NCBI GenBank assembly: GCA_963750275.1
Contig: CAVVQC010000007.1
Span: forward strand, 104,346 to 168,345
Source: an uncultured Chloroflexia bacterium
Lineage (GTDB): Bacteria > Chloroflexota > Chloroflexia > Thermomicrobiales > UBA6265
Direction: 5' to 3'
DNA length: 64,000 nt
Shown: in pieces, positions 62,476-64,000 of the stretch
Layout of the letters: every line of letters begins with the position of its first letter
How positions within the stretch are numbered: the stretch's first letter is position 1
Program-made: the position numbers and the translations under genes
The notes under the pieces: model-generated
The model's database searches: none
Told to the model about the DNA's origin: nothing
What the model saw: the letters and a program-made list of their open reading frames with translations, nothing else

Positions 62476-62725
62476 CTATCCCTCACCCTTGCGGAACGCG
62501 GCCGTCGCAGCCGCTGAGACACGCGCTTGCACGTCCGGCTCACCGGCCGCAATCGCAGTCTGCACAGAACTCCCACGTCACCTCTAACATATGCGGCGGA
62601 TTGCACTTCTCGATCGCGCCGCCCACGATCGCGTCGACGATTGTGCCGGCAGCTCGCTTGCCAGCGACCAGTATCCGCAGGCTGTTCCTTCGTACGGAGT
62701 TGCCCAGCACATCGAGGGCACCCAT
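62476..62725 (-). pseudogene. Collapsed ArsR + SRPBCC operon relic
   Basis: ArsR-like start LDVLGNSVRR..L..G...AG.IV joined to GGAIEKCNPPHMLEVTWEF, then shifted IAAGEP..AR..AAATAAF..GE*. Confidence 0.55.
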
Positions 62726-62815
62726 GCCGTCCCTCTGCCAGATATTTGAAGAGAAGTCCCTACGCATATTCAGATCACTGCGTCATCTATGTCACCGACT
62801 TGGATATGAAAGGGA

Positions 62816-62869
62816 TTGACAGGATGGGAGAAAACCCATACCCTGACCAGACATCCGACGTCTGATGTC
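62816..62869 (+). promoter_or_regulatory. Promoter TTGACA-N17-TACCCT with operator-like palindrome over +1
   Basis: GACATC-CGACGTCT-GATGTC at 62850-62869. Confidence 0.6.
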
Positions 62870-62937
62870 ACATCGTTCCCCTGTCTGCTGGCGGGGAACC
62901 GCTCCGAACACCGAAGCATTATTGCTGGAGGCGATTC

Positions 62938-63979
62938 GTGTCCGATCCGATCCGCGCAGGTCTCATCGGTTGCTCTGGTATTTCGATTTCCCCGCCCGAG
63001 CGTACGGCCGCCGCCATCCGGATGCCGCTGCCGCATTCGCACGCCGCCGCCTTTGCCGCACACCCGCAAACCGTCGTCACGGCCAGTCTGCGATATCTCC
63101 CAGAATGCGCTCGACCGCTATGTCGAGCTCTGGGGACCTGCCAGCACCTACACCGATTTCCACCAGATGCTGGCAAATGAAGCATTGGATCTGGTCAGCA
63201 TCGTCACTCCAGATCATCTTCATGCCGAAAGCTTCGAAGCCGCAGCGAACGCTGGGGTAAAGGGGATTTTCTGCGAAAAGCCGATCGCCACCACGCTCGC
63301 GGATGCCGACCGCATGATCGCCGCCGCCGAACGAACCGGCGTGCAGACCATCGTCAATCACACCCGGCGTTTCGATCCCTTCTATCGGCAGGCACGCTGG
63401 CTGATCGAGCAGGGGACCATCGGCGAAATCCGCAGCGTGCTCGGCACGCTCTCCGGCGAACGCGCCATGCTCTTCCGCAACGGCACCCACCTGCTGGACA
63501 CCGTCGGCTATCTGCTCGGCGACGAGCCTGCCTGGACCATGGCGCTGCTGGACGACCGTGATACCGGCTACGGCACCGTCTACACGGGCGACGGCGGCCG
63601 CGATCCAAAATCCGATCCCGGCGCCACCGCCATCATCGGCTATCGCCGTGGGGTGCGCGCCCTCTACAACGGTGTCAAAGCTGGAGTGGCCGGATTGCAG
63701 ATCGAACTGATTGGCGACAACGGCGCATTGCGCATCGGCAACCAACTTGCTGAGTTACTGGTCGAAAGCCCAGCCGGCGGTCTGGCGACGCAACCGTTGC
63801 CCTTTCATGCTCCATCACAGGCCGGAATGGTGACCGCTATCGATGAGCTGCTCTTCATGATCGAAAACGGGGGCGACGGTGTCGCGCCGTTGCGTGAGGC
63901 ACGTGCCACGCTGGCGCTCCTGCTGGCCATGCTGGAATCCGCGGACAAAGGAGGTGTGAAGATCGAGCTACCGGCTTGA
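62938..63979 (+). CDS. Gfo/Idh/MocA oxidoreductase, frameshifted near 63084
   Basis: GGAGG RBS; IRAGLIGC...VVTA/VCD; VTPDHLH, CEKP, NHTRRF, GTHLLD. Confidence 0.88.
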
Positions 63980-64000
63980 GTGATGAAGTTCCAATCGGAA

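Overview
GC-rich (roughly 60% by eye) bacterial chromosomal segment. Gene content and recurrent 'AQ(D/G)ATP/ASP' secreted-protein motifs suggest Chloroflexota (Thermomicrobiales-like); this is an inference. There are about 50 CDS and no rRNA, tRNA or CRISPR array. Content: a LuxR/ATPase regulator, tandem-domain ThyX, MarR+MFS, a lysC-asd-hps-phi-cupin pgi run, a Wzc/GT4/HPr-kinase-like trio, a REP-associated tyrosine transposase, an SH3-M23 peptidase, MoxR-DUF58-membrane-HemW, two sugar ABC systems with a GH42 beta-galactosidase, a Crp/Fnr-linked cupredoxin locus, and a GNAT+OSBS/NSAR pair. The best unannotated signal is a complete ribosome-dependent attenuator upstream of aspartate kinase: a leaderless 36-aa Thr/Met/Ile/Lys-rich leader peptide with mutually exclusive antiterminator and terminator hairpins. 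Also notable are a putative class II Crp-type site at -41.5, a perfect REP doublet in frame inside the transposase, deletion relics (ArsR-SRPBCC, PqqD), and five single-indel frameshifts that most likely reflect consensus errors. All product calls come from motif recognition, not database searches.
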